Source of the DNA: a virus
Taxonomy: Duplodnaviria; Caudoviricetes
Reading direction: 5' to 3' (one strand)
Length of the DNA stretch: 64,000 nt
Virus record (IMG/VR): IMGVR_UViG_3300025715_000009
Coordinates: 224,001 to 288,000 of that record
The notes beneath the pieces are model-generated. The model made no database searches. It worked only from the letters and a program-made list of their open reading frames with translations, and was not told the DNA's origin. Positions within the stretch are counted from its first letter, which is position 1, and each line of letters opens with the position of its first letter. Shown here piece after piece: positions 8,320 through 20,200 of the stretch. A program made the translations under genes and the position numbers.

Positions 8320-10605
8320 CTATGCCATTAATATCATTACCCATACTCTTGATGGGGTGGAATCTTCTTTTTTCTCCATAACTTTTGCGAATATTTTTCC
8401 TTGACCATCTTCACCGGCTCGCTTAACAGTAGCAAAACCTATTTTGCTTGATGTAATTAATAAATCACCAATTTTACAAGGCTCATCAATCCAAACTTTT
8501 ACTCTTCCAGATATTCCCACTGGGAGTTTATTCTCTTGATTTTCTGCACCAAGAGCATAACCAAATGTATCAGAATAAACACCAACCACCGCTGCATCTC
8601 CTCTATTAGAACAAGGAGCTACACCATATTCTGTTTGAACCAAAACCATACCAGGTTCTGCATCTAATGCTTTTGGCATAAATTCTGCCAAATCGTTCCA
8701 CACTGCATTATATACTCTTGTGGCATATAAATAGCCATCTAAATTTAATCTATCTGTTGCTGTAGGATCGGTTGTACCAGAATAAAATTCACCAGTTGTT
8801 TTAGAAGTAAATTTTCTCATTAGTTCTGCTGTACTACCAACTTTTCCAGCTTCCCATTTATCTGTTGTTTCATTCCACTTAAGCTGAGCATCATTATCAC
8901 CTTCAGTAGTTGTTTTTGCTCTTCTTACAGAGACCGTGGCATCACCATCTGCTCCTGGGTTTGCAAATTTAATTAAAACATCAGAATCAGATACTTGACT
9001 GTTTTGTGAATCAATATATACTGTTGTCCCACTTACAGTTAAATTACCAGGGATAGTAACATTACCATCACCAGAAATAGTTAATAAAGAAGAAGTAGAT
9101 GACCCATTATTTGCTGCAAATATAATTTGGTCCCCTGCATCTCTACCAATTTCATGTCTAACAATTGTATTTGATCCGCTTGTTTCACAAACAATTTGAG
9201 CAAAATCATCTACTTCTGCTAATGGTTTAAATAAAACTTCATTGGTATATATTCTGGCAAGTTCTTTGGTTGAAGATCCTATTTCCATGGAATCATTATT
9301 AAGAGGTATAATATTACCAGACATAATCATATTATTTTCAACAGAAATTTTTCCTGTTCCAGATGTGCTTAACACAATGTCTTGATTTGTAGTTGCTGTT
9401 ATAGAAGTATTTGTACTTGGAAGACTTGCTTGAACAATTTCACCATATGTTACCCCATCATTAGAAACTTTAAGTTTTCCACTGTCTACTTTTATAATAT
9501 GACTTGTTCCTAAATAAATTGTAGATTCATCAAAATGTCCAGTTTGTGCATAAACATTACCAAATTTGTGTGTTGCATCTCCTAAATCTACTTGCCCATT
9601 ATTTGCTGGAATTAAATCTTTTCCATTTTGAATAGCAGATACATTTTGTAAGTAATTAAAATCAACAACAGCATTTCCTGAAACATAATCTTCTACCCAT
9701 ATTTTTGATGCATATTGAGAAAGAGATGCTGATTTATAGACAAGTAATGTAACTCTATCGGTTGCCACCATACCAGTAGTATAACTGACATCTAATTCGA
9801 TTGTACTTGTATCAATAATTGTATAATCATCTCCAAGTGCTAATAAAAGACCATTATAATAAACAAACAAATCAGACCCATCTAATGAAAACTGTTCATC
9901 TGAAATAAATCTATATTTTGCTGGTGCAACAAGAGGGAAGCCAGATACATCACCTGCAAGTCTTAATGTTGTTACACCATCCCAAGAACCATCTACTGGA
10001 ATAATTTGATAATATGGATCTACTTTTGTAGCTATTCTTAATTGATCATTTGTTGAATCATAAAATAATCTACCAGCTAAAGAAGCAGCCCAAGTTATTC
10101 CTGTTCCTGAAACTGGAGTATCAAATGCTGTAAATCCTGTTAAATGATCATGTAGTCGATGTCTTGAACAATTTGGATTTATTATAACATTTTTATCAAA
10201 ACCAGTATTAGCATTTGTAATTCTTATATCACCACTTACCAAACTAATTGATAATGATGCTGGAAGAGCAGCATCCATAAGTGAAATAACTGTGTTATAA
10301 GATATTGGTTCACTTTGTCCTGTTGTATTAATAGAGTACTCTACCCCATTAACATCAAAATAATAAATAGTGGTTGGTTTTAATCCAGAATTGCCTGATC
10401 CATCTCCTATAGAAAGACCAAATTCTTGATAACCAGCAGCAAATGTATCAAAATCTTCTACTACTGTAACTGTACCTTTTGTAATCCATCCAGTTGGATC
10501 AGCAGCTGCATTTGCTATTTTTGATTGTTTAATTGCAGCATTAACTGCAATTTGTAAGTCACTTAAACTTTGACTTTGTATTTGTTCAGCTCGTAATTTG
10601 GGCAT
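8320..10605 (-). CDS. Tail fibre/spike protein with C-terminal intramolecular-chaperone (peptidase G2-like) domain
   Basis: RVYNAVWNDLAEF...PGMVL...VVGVYSD...PVGISGRVKV...GDLL; beta-rich fibre segments shared with the 2090-aa protein. Confidence 0.75.
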   Translation of the reverse strand: MPKLRAEQIQSQSLSDLQIAVNAAIKQSKIANAAADPTGWITKGTVTVVEDFDTFAAGYQEFGLSIGDGSGNSGLKPTTIYYFDVNGVEYSINTTGQSEPISYNTVISLMDAALPASLSISLVSGDIRITNANTGFDKNVIINPNCSRHRLHDHLTGFTAFDTPVSGTGITWAASLAGRLFYDSTNDQLRIATKVDPYYQIIPVDGSWDGVTTLRLAGDVSGFPLVAPAKYRFISDEQFSLDGSDLFVYYNGLLLALGDDYTIIDTSTIELDVSYTTGMVATDRVTLLVYKSASLSQYASKIWVEDYVSGNAVVDFNYLQNVSAIQNGKDLIPANNGQVDLGDATHKFGNVYAQTGHFDESTIYLGTSHIIKVDSGKLKVSNDGVTYGEIVQASLPSTNTSITATTNQDIVLSTSGTGKISVENNMIMSGNIIPLNNDSMEIGSSTKELARIYTNEVLFKPLAEVDDFAQIVCETSGSNTIVRHEIGRDAGDQIIFAANNGSSTSSLLTISGDGNVTIPGNLTVSGTTVYIDSQNSQVSDSDVLIKFANPGADGDATVSVRRAKTTTEGDNDAQLKWNETTDKWEAGKVGSTAELMRKFTSKTTGEFYSGTTDPTATDRLNLDGYLYATRVYNAVWNDLAEFMPKALDAEPGMVLVQTEYGVAPCSNRGDAAVVGVYSDTFGYALGAENQENKLPVGISGRVKVWIDEPCKIGDLLITSSKIGFATVKRAGEDGQGKIFAKVMEKKEDSTPSRVWVMILMA

Positions 10606-10707
10606 ATTAAACCCTCCATTTTTAGATTTAATTTATCTTTCAAGCATATTTTATAAAAGTTCATTATATGAAAACAAAATGTATATTTATATACAAATAA
10701 AGGATAT

Positions 10708-10860
10708 ATGGAAAAATATAAAACAATAAGAATGCGAGAAGCATTTTGGAAAGAGATTAGTCATTTATCTGTTGAGTTAGATAAAACAATGGGTGAGACT
10801 ATTAAATATCTTTATGATTATTATAAGACTAACGGTGGCAAAGGCATAATGAAAAAATAA
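10708..10860 (+). CDS. Small ribbon-helix-helix-like DNA-binding protein (50 aa)
   Basis: Not in track; AAGGA SD, then MEKYKTIRMREAFWKEISHLSVELDKTMGETIKYLYDYYKTNGGKGIMKK (strand-helix-helix pattern). Confidence 0.6.
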   Translation: MEKYKTIRMREAFWKEISHLSVELDKTMGETIKYLYDYYKTNGGKGIMKK

Positions 10861-10883
10861 ATGGGGCTCGTTACGAGCCCCAT
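10861..10883. terminator. Terminator hairpin between convergent genes
   Basis: ATGGGGCTCG-tta-CGAGCCCCAT, T-rich tail on minus strand. Confidence 0.8.
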
Positions 10884-10902
10884 CTAATTAAGTTAATTTA
10901 AC

Positions 10903-13900
10903 TTATTTAACAACTCTAACTTCAACCATCACTTTATCACCGCTTACCAATGTAATATCATCAGTTCCATTAAATGTAAGTCTCTTTTCACCACCAGTAT
11001 AGTTATAGTTCCATTCAGTATCAGCTAATCTTAAACCGTTGAGATATGCAGCAACGTGATAACCAGCAGCTCTCATTGTAGATGGAGATGCAGGGAAAGA
11101 ACCAGTTGTTGGAAGCTCAGCAAGAGTAAGAACAACATAATCATTAGTAACATCACCAGAAGTTGCAGTTTTTTCTTCATATCCAATGTCAATAGATCCT
11201 TCATAAGCAACTTTCAATGCACCAAGGATAGATGTTGCTCCACCAGGAAGAGAAGTAGCACCAGCATCAGAGAATGGAATAGCAGCAGTTCTACTATCTT
11301 TGAGTGTTAATTCACCAGCAGCAGAGAGAATAACATTACCACTGCTTGCAGTGGAAAGAGTTAAGTTATTTCCTGTGACTGTGAAATGAGAAGCAGCTGT
11401 ACCATCAATTGCAATCACTGCACCATCAACATCAACTCCTGTTACACCAGTTACTACAACACTACCAGAAGTAGTTGTCTTAAGAGTAAGGTCTGCGGAA
11501 TTAACATTGAGATAAGATGCAGAACTGCCATCGAGTTCAAATGCTCCAGATGCATTAACATCAAGTTTTGTAGCACTAACAACAACATCTTTTCCTGAAG
11601 TAAGATTAACATCATATGCTCCAGTTGTAGAGAGAGTAAGAGCAGCACCAGCTACTGTGAAATTAGAAGCAGCAGTTGCATCCAAGCTAATGCCAGCAGC
11701 ATCAACTGTGAAAGCACCAGAAGCATCAAGATCCATAACTCCAGTAGCATTAAGGATTACTGTTCCACCAGATTGAGCTAAATTACCAGCTACTGTTGTA
11801 GCATCAAGTGTTGTATCACCAGTTACATCAAATTTGGCAACTACATCAACTCTATCACCAGTTGCAAGAGCCTTAATAGAGAGAATATCAGCACCAGCAG
11901 CTTCAGTAACATTAAATTCATAATTGTCTGTTACTTGCCATTCAACTGAACCATTATCCATTGTGACAACTCTTGTTCCTGTCTCACCATCATAAATCTC
12001 ATCAAGAGTATCAGATCCTGTCATTTCAGCTCTTAATTCATTCAATGCACCAACAATTGATGTACCGGTGCTGAATCCAGAAAGACCAGTTACACCAGTT
12101 TGAGAAAGAGCAAGACCAGAAGAGAGATATTGATCTTTGAGTGTCAATGCACCAGCAGAAGAGAGAGCAAGAGCACCAGAAGTAATTGTAGAGAGAGTAA
12201 GATTTCCACCAGTTACAGAAACATTAGAAGCAGCCAAACCATCAATAGAGAAACCAGCAGCAGCTCCAGTATCTACAGTAACAGCACCAGCAGAAGAGAT
12301 AATTACTCCACCAGAAGTTGTTGTAGAAAGAGTAAGAGAAGCTTCTGTAACATTAATTAAAGAAGCAGCATCTGCTTGAGCAGTAAGAGCACCTGTTCCA
12401 GCTTCAAGAGTAAGACCAACAGCTGTAATAGATGCGGCATCTGCAGAAGAAAGTTGTAAGTGTGTTCCACCTGTTCCAGAGGCAGCAAGATTAATATCAG
12501 CACCATCAGCATCAATTGAACCATCAAGATTCATTGCACCAATTACTTGTGTTGCACCAGTTTGTACAAGAGAACCAGTTGTATTAATGTTTGCAGCATT
12601 GAGAGCGAATGTTCCAGCAGCATCAACATCAACACCACCAGCAGTATTAATTCTTAAACTGTCAACAGCAGTTGCTGTTGTATCAACTTTGAATGTATAA
12701 TTACCAGTTTGATCAAAATCACCATCAAGATTTACATCACCAATAATTTGAGCATCACCAGTTTGTGTAAGAACACCAGTTGTATTAATTGCAGGAGAGT
12801 CAATTGTTACTGAAGTTGTAGCATCAACGTCTAATGTTGCAGCAGCAGAAACATTAACATCACCAGAAGTAATTGTAGAAAGAGTAAGATCAGCACCAGT
12901 TACAGAAACATTAGATGCTAATACACCATCAATTGAGAATGAACCAGAATCAATAGTAATTGGTTTTGTAGCAGCAGCATCAATATCAATACCACCAACA
13001 GTTGAATTAATCTTAACTGAATCATTTGCTGTTCCTGTTAATGATGTAATTATTGCTTTGCCTGTGAGCAACATAACAGAACTACTTGAGTCAACATCTT
13101 CTATAATAATAGATTTTGTTGAAGCAGCTTTAAGATATACATCTCCAGATGTATTCATATTAAATGTTGAACCAGAATTTTCATCAATAGTAAATCCTGC
13201 ATCTACATCAATATCTACTCCACCAGTTGTATCAATCTTAACTGAATTAGCACCAGAACCTGCAGAAACTACGAACTTGGAAGCATCTGTTCCGTCTGCA
13301 AGAGCGAATGACTTAGAAGCAGCCATTGTGAAAACAACATTTGTGTTATCAACTGCAACTGTAGATCCACCATCATAAGCACTATCCATAGAAAGAGCAC
13401 CAGTTCCACCACCAGCAGTAACAATCTCATAGAAGTTTGAACCATCATTTGTAAGTTCCCACTTGTCAGAGCTTTCATTCCATCTAAGAGAAGTATCTGC
13501 AGATGTTCCTCTTTCAACTGTAATAAGAGCATCAAGAGAAGGAGCACCAGTAACTCCAGAGTTAAGAACTATTTGATTATCTGCTACTAACAACTCTTGT
13601 GAATTAACAGTTGTTGTTGTACCAGAAACGTTAAGGTTACCAAGAATCTCAACAGTAGATTGATTAATTCTAACCAAATCTTTTGTTGTTGTTCCTGCAG
13701 AACGCATAACAATTTGATCATTATCTTCATCACCAATTGTGAATACTAATCTTGAATAATATTCGCTAAAGAAATCAATTGGTGTTGAACCTTGTGCTAA
13801 TGTAACGGCATCAATGTAGAAATCATAGTCTTCTGATCCAGTACCATCAGCAATAATCTTAAAGTCACCAGAAGCACCATTATCTGCGCCAAGAGTTGCT

Positions 13901-16900
13901 GTAACTAATGTCCAAGAAGTATATGTTTGTGGGCCATTAATAATTGTAACTTGAGCACCAGCATTTAATTGAACATAAATATCACCTGGAATTGTTCCCT
14001 TAACATAGAAAGAAACAGAGTGTGCTGTTGCAGCTGTAAGACCAGATGTTGCTTGTACTAACAAATCTCTATCAGAAGCAAGATCAAGAGCAGAGAATTT
14101 TATTGAATAAGAACCATAGTACTTATCAGAATCTACTCTTGTAACCCCAGTGCCTTCTGTCCAAGAATCTGCATTTGTACCAGAACCAGCTTCAAAACCA
14201 GGGTTTGTAAGCTTGTTATTTACGTTTAATGTACCACCTCTTGCACCTGTAATTGTTGCATGATCTGTTGGATCTACTGATGTAATCTTAATATTACCAA
14301 CAGAGAGCCAATCAGTATCAGGAATAACCACATCACCTGTAAATTCAGCAACTGGTGTATCAAACCAAACTTTATGATCAGAATTAAAAACAACATCACC
14401 ATTACCAGTTGTATTAAGAGTAATATCTTGATCAACTGGAGCTGTTATTGTTGTTGTTCCATCAATTGTAACTACTGTTGCATCAAGGTCAAGTAAGGCT
14501 CCACCATTGATTTGAACTTCAGTATCAGATGAAATATCAACTAATTGACCAGTTGCAGCAGCAACAGATACTTTACCATCAGTGTTAAGACCAACAGAAG
14601 CACCAGATGCTGTAAGATCAACAGTATCACCACCAATATCGACATCGCCAGTTGCTGCAACAGTAAATGCTCCAGAAACTGTAGAATTGAAAGATGCGCC
14701 ATCATGGTCTACTGCTCCATTGAAGTCAAGTGTTGTAGCAGTAAGATCAACTTCTACGCCACCTGCAAGAGCAACAAGAGTGTCTGAGTCAACAGTAACT
14801 GACTTGCCTGCACCTGCATTAATGTCAACATCACCACCATTAATCTCAACTTCAACAGCAGATGTTGTTGTAACTTTTGTATCAGAATCGATTGTTACTG
14901 TATATCCTGTACCAGCATTGATGTCAATTGCTCCACCAGTAAGATCAATTTCATCAGCTGATGAAAGTTGAACTTCACCAGTTCCAGATGTTGTAACAAT
15001 CATATTAGTATCAACACTTGTAGTAATAAAAGAATCTGCGTTTGCTTTAATTTGCATTGCTGCACTATCAGAAGTAATACTAAAATCACCATTGATTACA
15101 GTTTCAGCATTAAGTGTAATTAATTCAGAAGTAGCTGTTATTTCTTCACCTCTAGAACTGTCAAAAACTATCACGCTTTCATCAGAACGACCTAAAACTA
15201 CTTGACTACCAATAGTTAATCCATTTGCAGTTGTAGGATCTCCTAATTCTATGGAAGAAGCATTAATATAATATGATGATCCAGTTATTGGTCTAACAGA
15301 TCCACCAACATAATCAAAATCTGTGCCTTCAACAACACCGGTACCAGAAGTTAATACAATAACCCATCTATTTGTATCAAGAATAAAAACTGGTTCATTT
15401 GTCTTAAAATAAGTTCCGCCAGCCTTTGCTGTTGTAAATGCAGCTTCATCTGCAAATGTTTTTCCACCACCAGCACCCATTGCAATACCTTCAAGCATAG
15501 CTTGTAAGTTAGAATTTCCACCAAGAGAACCACCAGTAGGAATAACACCAGTAATACCATCAACACCAATAAGGTTTGCACCTGCTGCTGTTCCGAGAGC
15601 AACACCTTGAGTTCTTAATAATTCAACATATTCATACAAGTCTTCACGGTTTGCATTAACAGCAGCAATAACAGAAGTTGGTGCTGTGTTGCCAATAGCA
15701 CGTCCAGTCCAATTGAAATCTGTTTGAGCATCATAAGCAAATTTTGCAGTTGCGAGTGCTGTAGAATTTGTTTGAGAAAGAGGAATAGCAGATGTAAGAT
15801 ATTGATCTTTGAGTGTTAATCCAGCAGTTGAAGCAAGAGCGATTGAAGAACCATCAACTGTGACTGCTCCACCATCAATATCTACTGCATTTGATTCAGC
15901 ATTAAGAGTAACCGATCCACCAGATTGGCCAAGATTTCCAACCATTGTTACACCATCAAGAGTAGATGCACCAATTACTTCAAAAGCGCCAGTTACTGTT
16001 GTTGCACCAGTAATTCCCGTTACACCAGTAATTGTAGTTGCTGCATTAACTGCCAATGTATCACCTGCTGCAAGAGCAGAAACATCAACAATTGCTGCAC
16101 CAGTTGAATCACCAACAATAAATTTCTTGGTATCAGTAAGATTGAAACTTACATTTGAACTATCAACTGCAATAGTTGATCCATCATCATAGGCATCATC
16201 AAGAGAGTGAGTAATATCCAACCCACCAGATACAAGACTATTAATATCACCTTGTAATTCTGCAAGAGCTCCTTGAACTGTTGTTGCTGCAAGACCATCA
16301 CCTGCGGTTACACCAATTAAGCTAGCACCAGAAGAACCAGATGCTGTTGAGGAGAGCTCTGTCTCTCTAAAATAACGAGCATCAAGAACGTTAGCTCCAG
16401 TTGTTTCAGCTGATGGACTTAATTCAGTTTCTGTGTAATAACGAGTGTCTAATTGACCATTATTTAACTCTGTTTCTGTGTAATAACGATTATCTAATTG
16501 ACCTGCATCTAATTGTGTTTGTGTGTAGTAAAGATCATGGTGATTATGTGATCCAGAAATACCAACAACATCAGCAAAACCAACGCCTGCAATGAATCCT
16601 TTTACTGGAGCTGTCAAGTAAGAGAAAACTTCCAAGAAAAGAATGTCAATGTTTGTGTTTGATGCAAATGTATAAGCACTTCCATCTGACTTGAAGAAAT
16701 AGAGGGTGAAATCTGTTCCATCATGTCTTAATTCACCATAGACAGTTGCTGCATTTGCCGCAGCACCTGGATCAGAATCTGTACCATCAGCAATTGGTTC
16801 ACCTGTTGCTGAATTTCTGATTTGTACTTTGTAATTTGTAATACCAGCTCCATTTGTTCCAGAGCCGGTAAGTAAAACACCCTTAGCAGTTGCTGCTGTT

Positions 16901-17175
16901 TGAGGTGTATCTGTTGCCGCTGCTCCTTGGACTGCAGTTGTTACTGTTACTGAAGATCCAGTTCCTGATGCTACACCAGTTACCATATCCCAGAGAGTAA
17001 TCAACTTTGAGTCAAGTGCGGCATTTTCAACAGATTTGTTGGCATTAAGATCTGATGCCACAATTTGACCAGCTAAATTAAGCTTAGAATAAGCTATAGC
17101 TGCAGTTGCGGAAATGTGACTGTCTTTAATAATACCGTCACGGATCTGTTCGCCACGAATTTGTGTTAAAGCCAT
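10903..17175 (-). CDS. Giant tail fibre/adhesin-like structural protein (2090 aa) with internal CBM-like domain
   Basis: G/T/A/S/D-rich beta repeats, RYYTETEL repeats, NKLTNPGFEAG...FYIDAV jelly-roll signature; SD GGAGG. Confidence 0.75.
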   Translation of the reverse strand: MALTQIRGEQIRDGIIKDSHISATAAIAYSKLNLAGQIVASDLNANKSVENAALDSKLITLWDMVTGVASGTGSSVTVTTAVQGAAATDTPQTAATAKGVLLTGSGTNGAGITNYKVQIRNSATGEPIADGTDSDPGAAANAATVYGELRHDGTDFTLYFFKSDGSAYTFASNTNIDILFLEVFSYLTAPVKGFIAGVGFADVVGISGSHNHHDLYYTQTQLDAGQLDNRYYTETELNNGQLDTRYYTETELSPSAETTGANVLDARYFRETELSSTASGSSGASLIGVTAGDGLAATTVQGALAELQGDINSLVSGGLDITHSLDDAYDDGSTIAVDSSNVSFNLTDTKKFIVGDSTGAAIVDVSALAAGDTLAVNAATTITGVTGITGATTVTGAFEVIGASTLDGVTMVGNLGQSGGSVTLNAESNAVDIDGGAVTVDGSSIALASTAGLTLKDQYLTSAIPLSQTNSTALATAKFAYDAQTDFNWTGRAIGNTAPTSVIAAVNANREDLYEYVELLRTQGVALGTAAGANLIGVDGITGVIPTGGSLGGNSNLQAMLEGIAMGAGGGKTFADEAAFTTAKAGGTYFKTNEPVFILDTNRWVIVLTSGTGVVEGTDFDYVGGSVRPITGSSYYINASSIELGDPTTANGLTIGSQVVLGRSDESVIVFDSSRGEEITATSELITLNAETVINGDFSITSDSAAMQIKANADSFITTSVDTNMIVTTSGTGEVQLSSADEIDLTGGAIDINAGTGYTVTIDSDTKVTTTSAVEVEINGGDVDINAGAGKSVTVDSDTLVALAGGVEVDLTATTLDFNGAVDHDGASFNSTVSGAFTVAATGDVDIGGDTVDLTASGASVGLNTDGKVSVAAATGQLVDISSDTEVQINGGALLDLDATVVTIDGTTTITAPVDQDITLNTTGNGDVVFNSDHKVWFDTPVAEFTGDVVIPDTDWLSVGNIKITSVDPTDHATITGARGGTLNVNNKLTNPGFEAGSGTNADSWTEGTGVTRVDSDKYYGSYSIKFSALDLASDRDLLVQATSGLTAATAHSVSFYVKGTIPGDIYVQLNAGAQVTIINGPQTYTSWTLVTATLGADNGASGDFKIIADGTGSEDYDFYIDAVTLAQGSTPIDFFSEYYSRLVFTIGDEDNDQIVMRSAGTTTKDLVRINQSTVEILGNLNVSGTTTTVNSQELLVADNQIVLNSGVTGAPSLDALITVERGTSADTSLRWNESSDKWELTNDGSNFYEIVTAGGGTGALSMDSAYDGGSTVAVDNTNVVFTMAASKSFALADGTDASKFVVSAGSGANSVKIDTTGGVDIDVDAGFTIDENSGSTFNMNTSGDVYLKAASTKSIIIEDVDSSSSVMLLTGKAIITSLTGTANDSVKINSTVGGIDIDAAATKPITIDSGSFSIDGVLASNVSVTGADLTLSTITSGDVNVSAAATLDVDATTSVTIDSPAINTTGVLTQTGDAQIIGDVNLDGDFDQTGNYTFKVDTTATAVDSLRINTAGGVDVDAAGTFALNAANINTTGSLVQTGATQVIGAMNLDGSIDADGADINLAASGTGGTHLQLSSADAASITAVGLTLEAGTGALTAQADAASLINVTEASLTLSTTTSGGVIISSAGAVTVDTGAAAGFSIDGLAASNVSVTGGNLTLSTITSGALALSSAGALTLKDQYLSSGLALSQTGVTGLSGFSTGTSIVGALNELRAEMTGSDTLDEIYDGETGTRVVTMDNGSVEWQVTDNYEFNVTEAAGADILSIKALATGDRVDVVAKFDVTGDTTLDATTVAGNLAQSGGTVILNATGVMDLDASGAFTVDAAGISLDATAASNFTVAGAALTLSTTGAYDVNLTSGKDVVVSATKLDVNASGAFELDGSSASYLNVNSADLTLKTTTSGSVVVTGVTGVDVDGAVIAIDGTAASHFTVTGNNLTLSTASSGNVILSAAGELTLKDSRTAAIPFSDAGATSLPGGATSILGALKVAYEGSIDIGYEEKTATSGDVTNDYVVLTLAELPTTGSFPASPSTMRAAGYHVAAYLNGLRLADTEWNYNYTGGEKRLTFNGTDDITLVSGDKVMVEVRVVK

Positions 17176-17204
17176 TTATAATCCTCCTATAAGATTTGTG
17201 TATA

Positions 17205-20200
17205 TTACCAATTTATCGAAATCTCTTCAATTGGAGGTGCATAAGCACTGCTCATTGTAACTCGTAGAATAATCATATATCCCGAGAGAGCTGTGCTATA
17301 TCCGCCACTTGTCCATTTAAAGTTATTTCCACTATATTCAACAAGGCATCCATCATTGTCTGCCCCATGAAAATCAGCTTCATTGTAAGGTTTTTTCAAA
17401 TCAAGCCATCCTGTTTGTCCGGACAGCTTCATCATTATCTTTATATATTGGTTATCAAAAATGTTATCTTTTATTGTAAAAATTCCGTTATTATGAGGTT
17501 CTCCACTATCAATAAATGCACGAATATAATGTCTTTCTCCTGTTAGGCCAGAATAGTTGATTGTTTGATTTGGGTAATAACCAGAAAGAAAATTAATGCC
17601 TGGATATGCCAGTTTTTTATCATATAATAACAAATCTTTATTTCCAAGAATAATTCTACTATTCCACAGATCTTGATAATTGGCAGGAGTGGTATTATAT
17701 TCTTCTACTGGAAGACGATACTTCTCATCAATAAAATATTCATGTTTATCATCCGCTGCTTTTGTCCATGTATTTATTAATACATTTTGGAACAATTTAG
17801 TATTTTCTATAGAACGATGGGGTTGATTTCCTTTTAATTTAATTATAGGGCTTGTAGAATATATATTTATTTGATTTAATGAAATTGAATTTTTATATAT
17901 AATAGGCATTAATGTATTAGGAGTAACTGGTGCTATTCCATCAGTTGTAGTATATTGACTTGTATAATCAAAAGAGAATGGAGTCACTCCTAATTCTGAA
18001 CAATTTGCCTCTATTTGTGCTCCTTTTATATAGGTATTGTTAAATAATGATTGAGCAGTAAATTGTAAATTAAGTTTATCACCAATAGAATAATATCTAA
18101 CACCAGATAAATATTTTTGTGATCCCAATAAAGATTCTGTCAATACATAATTATCAAAAAATATGTTAGTAGGAGTTGCATCCCAGAAAAATATAAAATC
18201 AGGAACAGATCTTGTTTCTCCATTTACTATATGATACAGATTTATTTTATTTTCACCAGGAGTAAGAGAGGTTTTAGATATATTTAATTTAAAATCACAT
18301 TTTTGATATTGTCCAAAATTATTATATGGTGCAATTGATATGATTTCTATTTTACCAAGCGGTGAAATATAAGGCGTCCAAGATTGTTGCTGACCTCTTT
18401 CTGATTCTATAAATCTATCTCCAAGATTTATGCTATCTGCTAAAGTGTCATTAATATATAGAGAAAAAACACCTTTATCAGCATCAGAAAACTCAGCAGA
18501 TTTATTAGTAGATTCTAAGACAAATAAATCTCCTACAACTATTTTATTATATTGTTGATAAGCGGATAATGTTCTAAATGTGTTTACTTGACCTCCAGAT
18601 AAATATCCAGTATAATATGGAGTATTAGTTATTGTTAAATGGGCAGTTAATGGGATAGCATTATCTGGTATAAGATAAGACAAATTATCAAGTTGAGTTT
18701 GTAAAGTTGATAATAGAGTATTTACTTCCTCTCTCCTTGGATAACGAGCATCATGATCTGCATTTAATCCATTGGTATCTGGCATATCAGATAAATCAGT
18801 ATGTGTAAGTGATGAACCTGCTCCTTTTATTTCATACCATTGTCCTTCTGATTCATCCCAAGAATATAATGTATTGTTTTCTAATACAAGAATGACATCT
18901 CCATCATTATTATTTATTGATGGTCTTTGTGCCATTGTTGCTACTGGGGCTTTCCAAGACCCTGAACCAGATGATGATCCAAAATATACTATTAAAGTAA
19001 TTTTATCCGTAGGATTAGTTGGAGTTAGAAATTGTATATCTGTTGAATTGAGAATTATATAATCATCTGTTTTATGTTTTAATACTCCATTCACAAATAC
19101 TTCAAGATTAGATCCAATTGAGTCAAACTCTACATCTGATTTATATGTTTTATTTATTGGAGAATCAGTTGATTGACTTCCTAATTTAATTGTAGCATAT
19201 TTAAATAAATAATCTGGCAATTCATCTGGTCTTGCAGGAGGTGGTCCTGACATACCAGGTATATTGGTTCCAGATGACGGTGTTGATATAAAATCATCTG
19301 CTGATTTTGCATCTGATATTTCAGATGTTGCTCCATACCACCACCAATTATTTGTTGCTTTTTGACCAATATCAAATGCTTGGACTTTATAATAAGGATT
19401 TTCCTCTGCCTCAAAATCAACATCATAATCAATATAATAAGACAAAACTTTACCAGTATTAATATCTATATTTTCTATTGTATAAGTTTGTCCAGATGGA
19501 ATTAAAGCAATCCAGGTTCCTGTTCCTGAAATAGGATCATAATCATTGGATTTATATACAGTATAAGCAGTAGCATGTGCTGTTTCTTCCCAGGCAAGAA
19601 TTAAACCATCTGGAATCATTTGTAAATAATCTTCGTTTACAATAGTTTGTTCATCATCAAGATATTGTCTTTGATCAAGAGACATATGCGTTTCAATTCC
19701 ACCAATAATGGGTGTTGCTATGCCTTTATCCCAATATTTTTGAGTTGAGAAAGAATCTTCCTTTAAAGTAACACCTATTATTCCAAATGATTCTTCGGTT
19801 TGGGCTATTTTTTTATCTGCATCTTCTATAGATGATCCAATAGATACAAGAGTTATTTTTGATCCACCGTTTTGAACATCAATAAGATTTTTAATCCACA
19901 ATGTTCTAAATCCATATAATGTTGATGCATCAGATACATCATTACCAAAAACAGTATCTATTTGGGAAGCCATTGTAGATAATGTTGTTATTATATTATT
20001 TAAAGATGTTTTTAATCCAATAATTAAAGCATCTAACTCCAATCTATTTTTACCAACTTTATCTGTCAAATAAGTATCAATAATAGAAATCATATTTGTA
20101 ATACTTGCTTGCCATCCTACCTGTTGTGACCAATTATCATCTCTACCTGGGATGACACTTGGATTCATAAAAAAGTTATCATAATTTACTTTTGTATATT

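Noticed and set aside
11056-16595. Many plus-strand and alternate-frame ORFs inside the 2090-aa gene
   Set aside because: Shadow ORFs caused by biased codon usage; no SD or recognisable motifs
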